From contig CAYFTL010000002.1 of the NCBI GenBank assembly GCA_964346145.1, positions 1 through 46,675 of the forward strand: a stretch of DNA of 46,675 nt, in the 5' to 3' direction. The notes below the pieces were generated by a model that was not told the origin of the DNA, did no database searches, and was given only the letters and a program-made list of their open reading frames with translations. The translations under genes and the position numbers were made by a program. Numbering within the stretch: position 1 is the first letter of the stretch; every line of letters starts with the position of its first letter. This stretch comes from an uncultured Oscillospiraceae bacterium. Lineage in GTDB: Bacteria; Bacillota; Clostridia; Christensenellales; Aristaeellaceae. Below are positions 1 to 7,961 of the stretch, piece by piece.

Positions 1-23
1 CAAGGCACAAATTGAGCCATTTA

Positions 24-788
24 TTAGCAACGCAAAGGAGGAGTCCGCGAGCATAGGTTGTACAACTTGGTCAATCCGCTTAGGGGAGTTAAGTCGCTGA
101 CTTTAGTTTGGGCCATAGCAAGGTCGACAAGATACGGTAAGCGCTCTATGCCGGTCAAGTCCGAGGCATTTGTATAACCGATGTCGAGGTAGTATATTTT
201 ATCCAATTCGCTTTGGGTTACCGTATCGGTAGTTTGCTTATTTAGTTTGTTGGCAATAGTTTGGGCAACGATTGGATCGGGGAAGATGCTTTCGATGGTT
301 TCCCCATTTTCATTTTCCAACAGCGCTTCGTCCATCAACAAATCCAGCGCCTCTTCCACTTCTTCGGTAGGCTCGATTGTCTCAATGGGTTCTTCTGCAG
401 GAATTTCGGTTTCGACTGGTTGCTCCGTAGAAATTTCGCTTTCGGCAGGCTGCTCTGTGGGAATTTCGCTTTCGGCTGGTTCTTCTATAGGTGCTTCGGT
501 TTCGACAGGCTCTTCAACAGGTGCCTCGGTTTCCTCTGGGAGACTGCTTTCTTCGGGTAAACCGGTAGGCGCCGGTTCATCGGTTGGTACCGGGGCCGGC
601 TCTTCGCTGGGTTCGGTTGATTCTGCAGGTGTGGGAGCGCTGGTGGGTTCCTCTACAGGTGCTTCGGTGTGTGCTTCAGCCTCCAAAGCTTCAGCGTACG
701 CATAGCGTTGGGTAAAGCCTGGCCCTAACGCTACGATGGCCAACAAAAGGGCCAATGCAATGGAAAGTATTTTGTTGGAATGTTTCAT
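24..788 (-). CDS. secreted protein with an N-terminal signal peptide, acidic Glu/Pro-rich ~10-aa tandem repeats and a C-terminal leucine-rich-repeat (internalin-like) segment
   Basis: The 254-aa ORF ends at a TAA stop (21-23). The N-terminus MKHSNKILSIALALLLAIVALGP...AYA looks like a signal peptide. The repeats have the form ExEIPxExP. The C-terminus reads LTGIERLPYLVDL...LTPLSGLTKLYNL, an LxxLxxLxxL spacing typical of leucine-rich repeats. A divergent AT-rich promoter region lies upstream. Confidence 0.55.
   Translation of the reverse strand: MKHSNKILSIALALLLAIVALGPGFTQRYAYAEALEAEAHTEAPVEEPTSAPTPAESTEPSEEPAPVPTDEPAPTGLPEESSLPEETEAPVEEPVETEAPIEEPAESEIPTEQPAESEISTEQPVETEIPAEEPIETIEPTEEVEEALDLLMDEALLENENGETIESIFPDPIVAQTIANKLNKQTTDTVTQSELDKIYYLDIGYTNASDLTGIERLPYLVDLAMAQTKVSDLTPLSGLTKLYNLCSRTPPLRC
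398..540. repeat. imperfect ~30-bp tandem repeat (about 4.7 copies) encoding the acidic E/P-rich repeats of the 24-788 protein
   Basis: The units gcaggaatttcggtttcgactggttgctcc, gtagaaatttcgctttcggcaggctgctct and gtgggaatttcgctttcggctggttcttct follow one another directly. The spurious + strand ORFs 247-705 and 261-560 are artefacts of this repeat. Confidence 0.6.
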
Positions 789-1391
789 GGGATCCTCCTT
801 TTGAAATAAAAACTATGTACAAACGCTTACCATACCGATACGGTTTGATTTTGGTGTCAAGAAAATTCTCTTTGACATAAATCTCCTCCCTTATTTTGAC
901 ATTCTTTCTAACAGAAAATTATATTTTGAAAAGATTGAGAGTCTTGAGTGATAAACAGGAGTATTAAAGAATAATATACTTAAATATAATAATACCATGT
1001 AAAAAAATTATATATACATGTTTTTTATTAAAGTTGATAAAATTTAGGTTAGATCTGTTGCGAATTATGTTCGTGTTTTGGATTGTGATGCGGTGGAAAC
1101 ATATTTTGAATAATTTGGTAGTTTATTATAGGGGATTCTTGTTTTGGACAAACTTATTGTATTATTCTAAAAGTCATGATGTTTTTTGCTGGTGGATTAG
1201 GTATAATTGTATCTGATAGCCTATTGAGGAAGTGTGAGCAGGCATCATGGGAAGGGTTATTTTACGCCATGATTTATCTTCGAGCAAAGAGGGATGAAAA
1301 ATCCGGGATTTAGCAGGGAGAAGGTTGCTGTGCGTTGAATAGTAGAAGTAGGATATAATTCGAGTGACTTTGTAAATGGAGGGATCGGACG

Positions 1392-2879
1392 ATGAGTGTG
1401 GAACGCGATTTGCAGCTCGTTCATGAGCGCAAACAAGCAATGCTGGCCGGCAACCCGGACAACATTGCCAAACAAAAAGCCGATGGCAAGCTAACGGCGC
1501 GCGAACGCATCGGTTTGCTGTTGGACGAGGCCAGCTTTGTGGAGCTGGACGTTCTTGCTGAAGGTGCGGGCGTTGTCACCGGTTACGGACTGGTGGAAGG
1601 GCGCCCGGTTTATGTGTATGCCCAAGACTTTACCGAGCACGCGGGCGCTGTGGGCAAAGCCCATGCGCGCAAAGTGATCAAGGTTATGGATTTGGCTGAA
1701 AAAACCGGCGCGCCGGTCGTTGCGCTGTGTGATTCGGCGGGGGCCAATTTGAACGACGGCGTGCATGCGGTAAACGCGTATGCGGAAATTATGGCGCACA
1801 GCGCAAAGCTGTCGGGCGTGGTTCCCCAAATCGCCTTGATTTTAGGGCCGTGCGCCGGCGGTGCAGCGATGAGCGCGGCGCTGAGTGATCTGGTCATTAC
1901 CAGCAAAAACGGGCAGCTGTTTGTCAACGGTCCGCAGCTGGTGTCTGCAGCCACGGGCAAGCAGGTGACGGGAGAGCAAATTGGCGGGGCGCAGGCCCAG
2001 GGCGAGTCGGGCATTGCCCAGCTGGCTGCCGACACCGACCAGGAAGCGCTGGCGTTGGCGCGCAAGCTGCTGATGATTTTGCCGCTGAACAACTTGGAAG
2101 GTTCGGTTGTGGATTTCACCACGAACGACGATATGAACCGGGTGATTCCCGCGCTGAACGCCGTTGATACGGTTGGCGATGTGAAACCGATCTTGTCGTC
2201 GATTTGCGATGGACAAAATTTTGTGGAACTTTCTCAGCAACACGCGCCTGAGATGGTGACCGGACTGGGCTTGATCGGCGGGCGCACGGTGGGCATCGTG
2301 GCCACCCAACCCAGCGAGGACGAAGGACGTTTGACCGTGGCTGGAAGCAAGAAAGCCAGCCGATTGGTAAACTTCTGCGATTGCTTCAACATTCCGGTGA
2401 TCACCGTGGTGAACACCCAGGGAATTAAGCTCAGCGGCCACTGCAGCCAGGGCAAGTTGGCCAGCGCTACCGCTCAGCTGATGTACAGCTATGCCCAGGC
2501 TACCACCGCCAAGATTGCGCTGGTATCAGGCAATGCCATCGGTATGGGCTATGCGGCGCTGGCCTCCCGCGCGGTGAGCGACATGGTTTATGCATGGCCG
2601 GGTGCGGTGATTTCGCCCATGGGCACTGCTGCGGCGGTACAGATTTTGTATGAAGACCAACTGGCAAAGGCCCAGGATCCGATCGGCGAACGCGCCAAGT
2701 TGGAAGAAAAATATCAGAGCGAAGTGGCAGACGGTTTGAACGCTGCCGCCCAGGGCTATGTGGATGACGTGATTGAGCCTGCCGCCACCCGGCAGATGCT
2801 GGCGGCCGCCCTTGTGATGTTGGAATCCAAACGCGAAACCGGAGTACCCAAGAAACACGGAAATATGCCGTTGCTTTAA
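1392..2879 (+). CDS. mmdA: acyl-CoA carboxyltransferase, 12S/PccB-type (methylmalonyl-CoA decarboxylase alpha subunit / propionyl-CoA carboxylase beta-chain family)
   Basis: The 495-aa product has the typical N-terminus (LQLVHERKQAMLAGNPDNIAKQKADGKLTARERIGLLLD) and the twin carboxyltransferase half-domains (GPCAGGAAMSAAL...). A GGAGGG ribosome-binding site sits 7 nt upstream. It is the first gene of a five-gene + strand operon. Confidence 0.85.
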   Translation: MSVERDLQLVHERKQAMLAGNPDNIAKQKADGKLTARERIGLLLDEASFVELDVLAEGAGVVTGYGLVEGRPVYVYAQDFTEHAGAVGKAHARKVIKVMDLAEKTGAPVVALCDSAGANLNDGVHAVNAYAEIMAHSAKLSGVVPQIALILGPCAGGAAMSAALSDLVITSKNGQLFVNGPQLVSAATGKQVTGEQIGGAQAQGESGIAQLAADTDQEALALARKLLMILPLNNLEGSVVDFTTNDDMNRVIPALNAVDTVGDVKPILSSICDGQNFVELSQQHAPEMVTGLGLIGGRTVGIVATQPSEDEGRLTVAGSKKASRLVNFCDCFNIPVITVVNTQGIKLSGHCSQGKLASATAQLMYSYAQATTAKIALVSGNAIGMGYAALASRAVSDMVYAWPGAVISPMGTAAAVQILYEDQLAKAQDPIGERAKLEEKYQSEVADGLNAAAQGYVDDVIEPAATRQMLAAALVMLESKRETGVPKKHGNMPLL

Positions 2880-2918
2880 GATGCACAGCAAAAAAGCCGT
2901 GAAAGGAGGCCAATATTT

Positions 2919-3275
2919 ATGCAAGGCATTGTAGAAAAACTGATAGGCAGCGGACTGGTAACGCTGATCGGCATGGGTGTCGTATTTTTAGGGTTGATCT
3001 TGCTTATCATCGTCTTGATTATGCAAGGGAAGATTGTAAAGATGATCGGCGGCAAACCCAAGCGACCTCAGCGTCAACCCCAAGCGCAGGCAGCGCAACC
3101 GGTTTCGCCCGTAGTTGTGCAGGACGATAGGCAAAACCAACAGCTGGTTGCCGTTATTGCGGCAGCGCTGGCGGCTTATGAAGGGGATACCGGGAAGAAA
3201 CTGGTGATCCGCTCGGTACGCCGCAAGGGTGGATGGGCCGAGACCGCCCGCCAAGAACAGGTTTACGGACGCTAG
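2919..3275 (+). CDS. OadG/MmdD-like small membrane-anchor subunit of Na+-translocating decarboxylase
   Basis: The 118-aa product has one N-terminal TM helix (LVTLIGMGVVFLGLILLIIVLIM) and a hydrophilic Ala/Gln-rich C-terminus. It has an AGGAGG ribosome-binding site and lies between the carboxyltransferase and biotin-carrier genes. Confidence 0.6.
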   Translation: MQGIVEKLIGSGLVTLIGMGVVFLGLILLIIVLIMQGKIVKMIGGKPKRPQRQPQAQAAQPVSPVVVQDDRQNQQLVAVIAAALAAYEGDTGKKLVIRSVRRKGGWAETARQEQVYGR

Positions 3276-3338
3276 ATTATATTTTTGAGAATATTTTATT
3301 GCAGTGTGCAATTTTTAAATTAAGAGGAGGATTTTCTC

Positions 3339-3743
3339 ATGCGTAAATTCAATATTGTGGTCAACGGAACCGCTTACGAAGTAGAAGTTGAAGAAGTGGC
3401 CGCCGGCACATCTTTTGCCGCGCCTGCTGCTGCCCCTGTAGCTGCGGCGCCTGTTCCCGCTCCCGTAGCGGCACCCGCTGCCGCGGCTCCTGCGCCGGCC
3501 CCAGCACCTGCTGCCGCTGCTCCCGCCGGAGCTGAAACGGTGAGTGCGCCCATGCCCGGAAATATTCTGGATGTAAAAGTCAGCGCTGGACAAGCCGTTA
3601 AGAAGGGCGATGTGCTACTGATTCTGGAAGCTATGAAAATGGAAAACGAAATCATGGCGCCTCGCGACGGCGTGGTTGCGACTGTAATGACCAGCAAGGG
3701 TTCTGCGGTTAACTCAGGAGATGCGTTGGTTGCTCTGCAATAA
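3339..3743 (+). CDS. biotin carboxyl carrier protein (1.3S / gamma subunit) with an Ala/Pro-rich linker
   Basis: The EAMKMEN biotinyl-lysine motif is present. A long [16 protein letters not shown] linker is typical of MmdC/GcdC. The ribosome-binding site is AAGAGGAGG. Confidence 0.85.
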   Translation: MRKFNIVVNGTAYEVEVEEVAAGTSFAAPAAAPVAAAPVPAPVAAPAAAAPAPAPAPAAAAPAGAETVSAPMPGNILDVKVSAGQAVKKGDVLLILEAMKMENEIMAPRDGVVATVMTSKGSAVNSGDALVALQ

Positions 3744-3803
3744 GTAAGCTAAGTTAAGTAGGCTTATCGCAATCGACAGGATCCTGTAGGAGGGACGGTA
3801 CTT

Positions 3804-5201
3804 ATGAATGAACTGAAGCCGGCCAAAGGCCTGTTGGCCTTTGTGCTGATACTGATGTGCTTGCTTCCGCTTTCCGGATTTGCCCAAGGCGAAGCGGCGG
3901 AAGATGTAGCGCCGGTCGGGCAGCAGGAAGAGTCCGCTCGGATAACGGACCTGAAAGATCTTAACCCGGTGCAGGCTTTGGAAAAGCTGGTAAAAGGAAC
4001 CGGGATCGCCCAGGGAACCTGGGAAGAATATGTGATGATTGCCGTAGCCTGTGTGCTGCTTTACCTGGCGATTGTCAAGGAATTTGAACCGTTGTTGCTA
4101 TTGCCCATCGCCTTTGGCATGCTGTTGGCCAACTTGCCGTTGGCCGGAATGATGTCGGCGCCTTCGTTTAAAGAGTTTGCCGATCACAGCCAGGCGCTGA
4201 ACCTAGCCCAGGTCACCAACTCACCGATTCTGTTGGCGATGAACGAGGCTGGGCAGCAGGTATATAGAGTGCAAGAATCCAATGGCGGCATTTTGTATTA
4301 CCTGTATCAAGGCGTTAAGCTGGGTATATTCCCGCCTCTGATCTTTATGGGCGTGGGCGCAATGTCCGACTTTGGACCGCTGATTGCCAACCCCAAAAGT
4401 TTGCTGATGGGCGCGGGCGCTCAGTTTGGAATTTTCTTTGCGTTTACCGTGGCCACCCTTATGGGATTCACGCCGCAGGAAGCCGGATCTATAGGCATTA
4501 TCGGCGGAGCTGACGGCCCTACCGCCATATTCCTGACGACCCGGTTGGCACCACACTTGCTGGGAGCTATTGCGGTGGCGGCTTATTCCTACATGGCGTT
4601 GGTTCCCGTGATTCAGCCGCCCATTATGCGGTTGCTGACCACCAAGAAGGAGCGCAGCATTGTCATGGAACAGCTGCGTCCGGTATCCAAAAAAGAAACC
4701 ATATTGTTCCCGATCATCGTAACGATTTTGGTTTCGCTGTTGCTGCCCGATGCGGCTCCGTTGGTGGGCATGCTGATGTTTGGCAACCTGATGAAGGTAA
4801 CCGGCGTGGTGGACCGCCTGTTTAAGACCGCGCAAAACGAGCTGATGAACATCGTAACCATATTCCTGGGCATTACGGTGGGTGCTACGGCCAACGGGCA
4901 GACCTTTTTGCAGCTAGGTACGTTAAAGATTGTGGTAATTGGCGTGGTGGCGTTTGCATTCGGTACTGCCGGTGGGGTTATCGTAGCCAAGATCATGAAT
5001 AAGATTAGCGGCGGCAAGATCAACCCGCTCATCGGCTCGGCCGGTGTTTCGGCTGTGCCTATGGCTGCCCGGGTGTCTCAGATTGTGGTGCAAGAAGAAA
5101 ACCCCGGCAACTTCCTGCTGATGCACGCCATGGGCCCCAACGTGGCCGGCATTACCGGCTCTGCCATAGCGGCAGGCATCTTCCTGTCTATGTTTGGCTG
5201 A
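3804..5201 (+). CDS. Na+-translocating decarboxylase beta subunit (OadB/MmdB/GcdB family) with a ~75-aa N-terminal extension
   Basis: The conserved core starts around EFEPLLLLPIAFGMLLANLPLAG and is multi-pass TM. A strong GGAGGG ribosome-binding site precedes ATG 3804. An alternative internal start at 4035 would remove the extension. Confidence 0.85.
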   Translation: MNELKPAKGLLAFVLILMCLLPLSGFAQGEAAEDVAPVGQQEESARITDLKDLNPVQALEKLVKGTGIAQGTWEEYVMIAVACVLLYLAIVKEFEPLLLLPIAFGMLLANLPLAGMMSAPSFKEFADHSQALNLAQVTNSPILLAMNEAGQQVYRVQESNGGILYYLYQGVKLGIFPPLIFMGVGAMSDFGPLIANPKSLLMGAGAQFGIFFAFTVATLMGFTPQEAGSIGIIGGADGPTAIFLTTRLAPHLLGAIAVAAYSYMALVPVIQPPIMRLLTTKKERSIVMEQLRPVSKKETILFPIIVTILVSLLLPDAAPLVGMLMFGNLMKVTGVVDRLFKTAQNELMNIVTIFLGITVGATANGQTFLQLGTLKIVVIGVVAFAFGTAGGVIVAKIMNKISGGKINPLIGSAGVSAVPMAARVSQIVVQEENPGNFLLMHAMGPNVAGITGSAIAAGIFLSMFG

Positions 5202-5274
5202 TAAGTGCCGATTGAATAGGTTTGCCTGAGCGGGCAAACGGTTAGAAAATATCCTGTAAGGAGGAGAGAATCAA

Positions 5275-6672
5275 ATGGCCCAAGTAAAAATTACCGATAC
5301 CATTTTGCGCGACGCGCACCAATCTCAGGCGGCCACGCGCATGCGTACCGACGAGATGTTGCCGGTCTGCGATAAATTGGATAAAGTTGGCTACTTTTCC
5401 CTCGAGTGTTGGGGAGGAGCTACCTTTGACTCTTGCCTGCGCTTTTTGAATGAAGATCCGTGGGAGCGCCTGCGCAAGCTGCGCAAAGCCCTGCCCAACA
5501 CCAAGCTGCAAATGCTGCTGCGCGGCCAAAACTTGTTGGGATACAAGCATTATGCCGACGACGTGGTGGACGAGTTTGTTAAAAAGTCGATCGAAAACGG
5601 AATTGACATCATCCGCATTTTTGATGCGCTGAACGATACCCGCAACATGAAGACCGCCATCGATGCTACCCGCAAGTATGGCGGCATCGCTGAAGTGGCC
5701 ATCAGCTACACCACCAGTCCGGTGCACACCGAGCAATACTTTGTGGATTTGAGCGTGGAGCTGGAGAAGATGGGCGCCGATATCATTTGCATTAAGGATA
5801 TGGCCAACCTGCTGTTGCCCTATGCGGCGTACAGCTTGATTAAAAAGATGAAGGCTGCGGTTAAGGTGCCTATCGTCATGCACACCCATAATACCTCGGG
5901 TACCGGCGATATGACGCTGCTCAAAGCGGTGGAAGCCGGGGTGGACATTGTGGACACGGCGCTGTCGCCTTTGGGCAACGGAACGGCCCAGCCGGCAACC
6001 GAGCCGTTGGTGGCGACGCTGCAGGGAACCGAGTACGATACCGGGTTGGATTTGGAGCTGCTCAGCGAGATAGCGGTTCACTTCCGGGGCGTGGCCGAAA
6101 GGCTCAAAAAGGATGGCTTTTTGGATCCTAAGGTGTTGTCGGTGGACATCAACACTTTGCTGTACCAGGTGCCCGGCGGCATGCTGTCCAACCTGATCAA
6201 CCAGCTGAAACAGGCCAACGCTTCCGATAAGCTGCAACAGGTGCTGGAAGAAGTGCCGCGCGTGCGCGCTGACTTCGGCTATCCGCCGTTGGTTACCCCA
6301 ACCAGCCAGATCGTTGGTACCCAGGCCGTTATGAACGTGCTGACCGGTGAGCGCTACAAGATGAACCCCAAGGAGTCCCAGGCGCTGCTGCGCGGTGAAT
6401 ATGGACGTTTGCCCGGTGAGGTCAACCCAGAGGTTCGCAAAAAGGTTATAGGCGATGCTGAGGTAATCACGGTGCGCCCGGCCGATTTGCTCAAGCCCGA
6501 ACTGGAAAGCTACCGCAAAGAGATTGGCCAGTACATTCAGCAGGACGAGGACGTGCTCAGCTATGCGCTGTTCCCCCAGGTGGCCACCAAGTTTTTTGAA
6601 TACCGCCAGGCTGAGAGCTTGAAGCTGGACAATTCCGTAAGGGATAAAGAGAACAATGTGATGCCCATCTAA
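5275..6672 (+). CDS. oxaloacetate decarboxylase alpha / pyruvate carboxyltransferase (5S-type) subunit lacking a biotinyl domain
   Basis: The 465-aa product starts MAQVKITDTILRDAHQS..., a TIM-barrel carboxyltransferase of the OadA/PycB/5S family (HTHNTSG motif). It ends without an AMKM biotin domain. The ribosome-binding site is AAGGAGG. Confidence 0.8.
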   Translation: MAQVKITDTILRDAHQSQAATRMRTDEMLPVCDKLDKVGYFSLECWGGATFDSCLRFLNEDPWERLRKLRKALPNTKLQMLLRGQNLLGYKHYADDVVDEFVKKSIENGIDIIRIFDALNDTRNMKTAIDATRKYGGIAEVAISYTTSPVHTEQYFVDLSVELEKMGADIICIKDMANLLLPYAAYSLIKKMKAAVKVPIVMHTHNTSGTGDMTLLKAVEAGVDIVDTALSPLGNGTAQPATEPLVATLQGTEYDTGLDLELLSEIAVHFRGVAERLKKDGFLDPKVLSVDINTLLYQVPGGMLSNLINQLKQANASDKLQQVLEEVPRVRADFGYPPLVTPTSQIVGTQAVMNVLTGERYKMNPKESQALLRGEYGRLPGEVNPEVRKKVIGDAEVITVRPADLLKPELESYRKEIGQYIQQDEDVLSYALFPQVATKFFEYRQAESLKLDNSVRDKENNVMPI

Positions 6673-6682
6673 GGGCGGCAAA

Positions 6683-6720
6683 TGGCAAGACAAATAAAAG
6701 TTTGTCTTGCCATTTTTTTT
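6683..6720 (+). terminator. rho-independent terminator of the decarboxylase operon
   Basis: GGCAAGACAAA-taaaag-TTTGTCTTGCC is followed by ATTTTTTTTG. Confidence 0.7.
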
Positions 6721-7051
6721 GATGGCATTTTTGCATTTTGACTGATGCGCAAACCTTATGAAGAAAACACCGAAAGGGACGATTGTTGTAGCGAGGGGAG
6801 ATAAGAAACAAAAGCCTGAACGGGCGAGATGTTTTAGGCGGGAAATGGCTGTATACTAAATATGAAAAGGATAAAATCATATGCGCTTGTTGTTTATAAA
6901 GAGCTCGGATGGGAGGTATTGGCTATCAAACAAAACCGCTTGATAACGATCGAATGCTGTGGGTCAAACTGAGCCATGTGATATTTTGGAAGCTATGTGG
7001 TGGTAATTTATGGATAAGGCCCTATGTTTGTCAAGCGCAAAAGTGCAAAAG

Positions 7052-7080
7052 TTGTATAATAGGCTGATTTCTGCTATAAT
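7052..7080 (+). promoter_or_regulatory. sigA-type promoter (-35 TTGTAT, 17-nt spacer, extended -10 TGCTATAAT)
   Basis: Read directly from the sequence. It lies about 35 nt upstream of the 7113 CDS. Confidence 0.45.
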
Positions 7081-7112
7081 TGTTACAAATTTCCCGGCAT
7101 AAGGAGCGGTGC

Positions 7113-7775
7113 ATGTTGAGTCTTTCCAACCTATTAAAGCGCATTCTCCCCGGGCGCAAGGCGTCGGGGAAGGCCGGCGACACTCAAACGACGCTTATGT
7201 CTGACCGAGCGAGGCACGAACGCATCGGGCTTGGACAAGGATCGCGCTATACACAAAATCTCAAAAAGCCGCGGCGGTTTTATGTGTCCGACGCTGCCGG
7301 AAAGACGATACTGCAGATCGTGCTGCTGATCGTGTTGCCTCCGGTGGGTTTATTGTGGCTGTGGCGGCGCACAAGCTATCCGCGTCGGGGCCAATTCATA
7401 CTCTCCATTCTGGCGCTGTGTTCCATGACGGTGATGTTTACGCTGTATTTTAATGCAAGTGTGCCGGATCCGATTGCGCCGGTGCCCCAGGCTGCCAACG
7501 TCTTAAGCGCTTCCGAACCCACGCCTGAGCCTACCCCCGAGCCCCCTCCCACAACTCAGCAGCCCACGCCCGAACCCGATCCGACCCAGGAACCCGAGCC
7601 GGTGTACGTGTATGCGGTGAGAACCAACGCCACTCAATATCATGCGGGCAAAAAGTGTGGAAAGCAAACCAACCGCAGAAAGCTTTTGCTGGAGGACGCG
7701 TTGGCCGAAGGGCTGGAGCCTTGCCCCAAATGTAACCCGCCTCTGCCCGGAGCCCAAGCACAAACCGACGGATAA
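7113..7775 (+). CDS. membrane protein: basic N-terminus, 2 TM helices, Pro/Thr/Glu-rich linker, Cys-containing C-terminal module
   Basis: The start was chosen at ATG 7113, after the AAGGAG ribosome-binding site. The ORF-track start at 7080 has no ribosome-binding site. The TM helices are ILQIVLLIVLPPVGLLWLW and FILSILALCSMTVMFTLYF. The linker reads SEPTPEPTPEPPPTTQQPTPEPDPTQEPEP. The C-terminus reads YHAGKKCGK...EPCPKC. Confidence 0.6.
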   Translation: MLSLSNLLKRILPGRKASGKAGDTQTTLMSDRARHERIGLGQGSRYTQNLKKPRRFYVSDAAGKTILQIVLLIVLPPVGLLWLWRRTSYPRRGQFILSILALCSMTVMFTLYFNASVPDPIAPVPQAANVLSASEPTPEPTPEPPPTTQQPTPEPDPTQEPEPVYVYAVRTNATQYHAGKKCGKQTNRRKLLLEDALAEGLEPCPKCNPPLPGAQAQTDG

Positions 7776-7837
7776 GCTTCACTTTTGGGCTTTTATGCAT
7801 CGTTTCAGCAAAAATCTTGTAACAAATGTGGTTTTGC

Positions 7838-7866
7838 TTGACGTGTTTTGTAATAATGTATAAAAT
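7838..7866 (+). promoter_or_regulatory. sigA-type promoter (-35 TTGACG, 17-nt spacer, -10 TAAAAT)
   Basis: Read directly from the sequence. It lies about 95 nt upstream of ATG 7962. Confidence 0.55.
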
Positions 7867-7961
7867 CAAGATGTATGTTTATGTACGAATATGTGCGTGG
7901 CTATACAGTCGTTGATTGAAATGCGGCGCCGCATCGCGGTACCCTTATGAGGAGGCTTTTT

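Noticed and set aside
3374-3697. - strand 107-aa ORF rich in Ala/Gly inside the biotin-carrier gene
   Set aside because: Mirror image of the GC-rich Ala/Pro linker coding region. No start context.
5242-6693. 483-aa - strand ORF entirely antisense to the OadA/5S carboxyltransferase gene
   Set aside because: High-GC antisense open frame. It has no ribosome-binding site and its composition is low-complexity (Leu/Gly/Gln/His-rich). The sense-strand gene has unmistakable conserved motifs.
6721-7050. Possible tiny ORF (MRLLFIKSSDGRYWLSNKTA, ~6886-6948) or sRNA in the 440-bp spacer after the decarboxylase operon
   Set aside because: No ribosome-binding site, no conservation signal, and no flanking promoter/terminator pair. 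Treated as non-coding spacer with a downstream promoter only.
7080-7112. ORF-track 5' extension (MLQISRHKERC...) of the 7113 gene
   Set aside because: No ribosome-binding site before 7080. A strong AAGGAG ribosome-binding site precedes ATG 7113. The extension would start upstream of the predicted transcription start.
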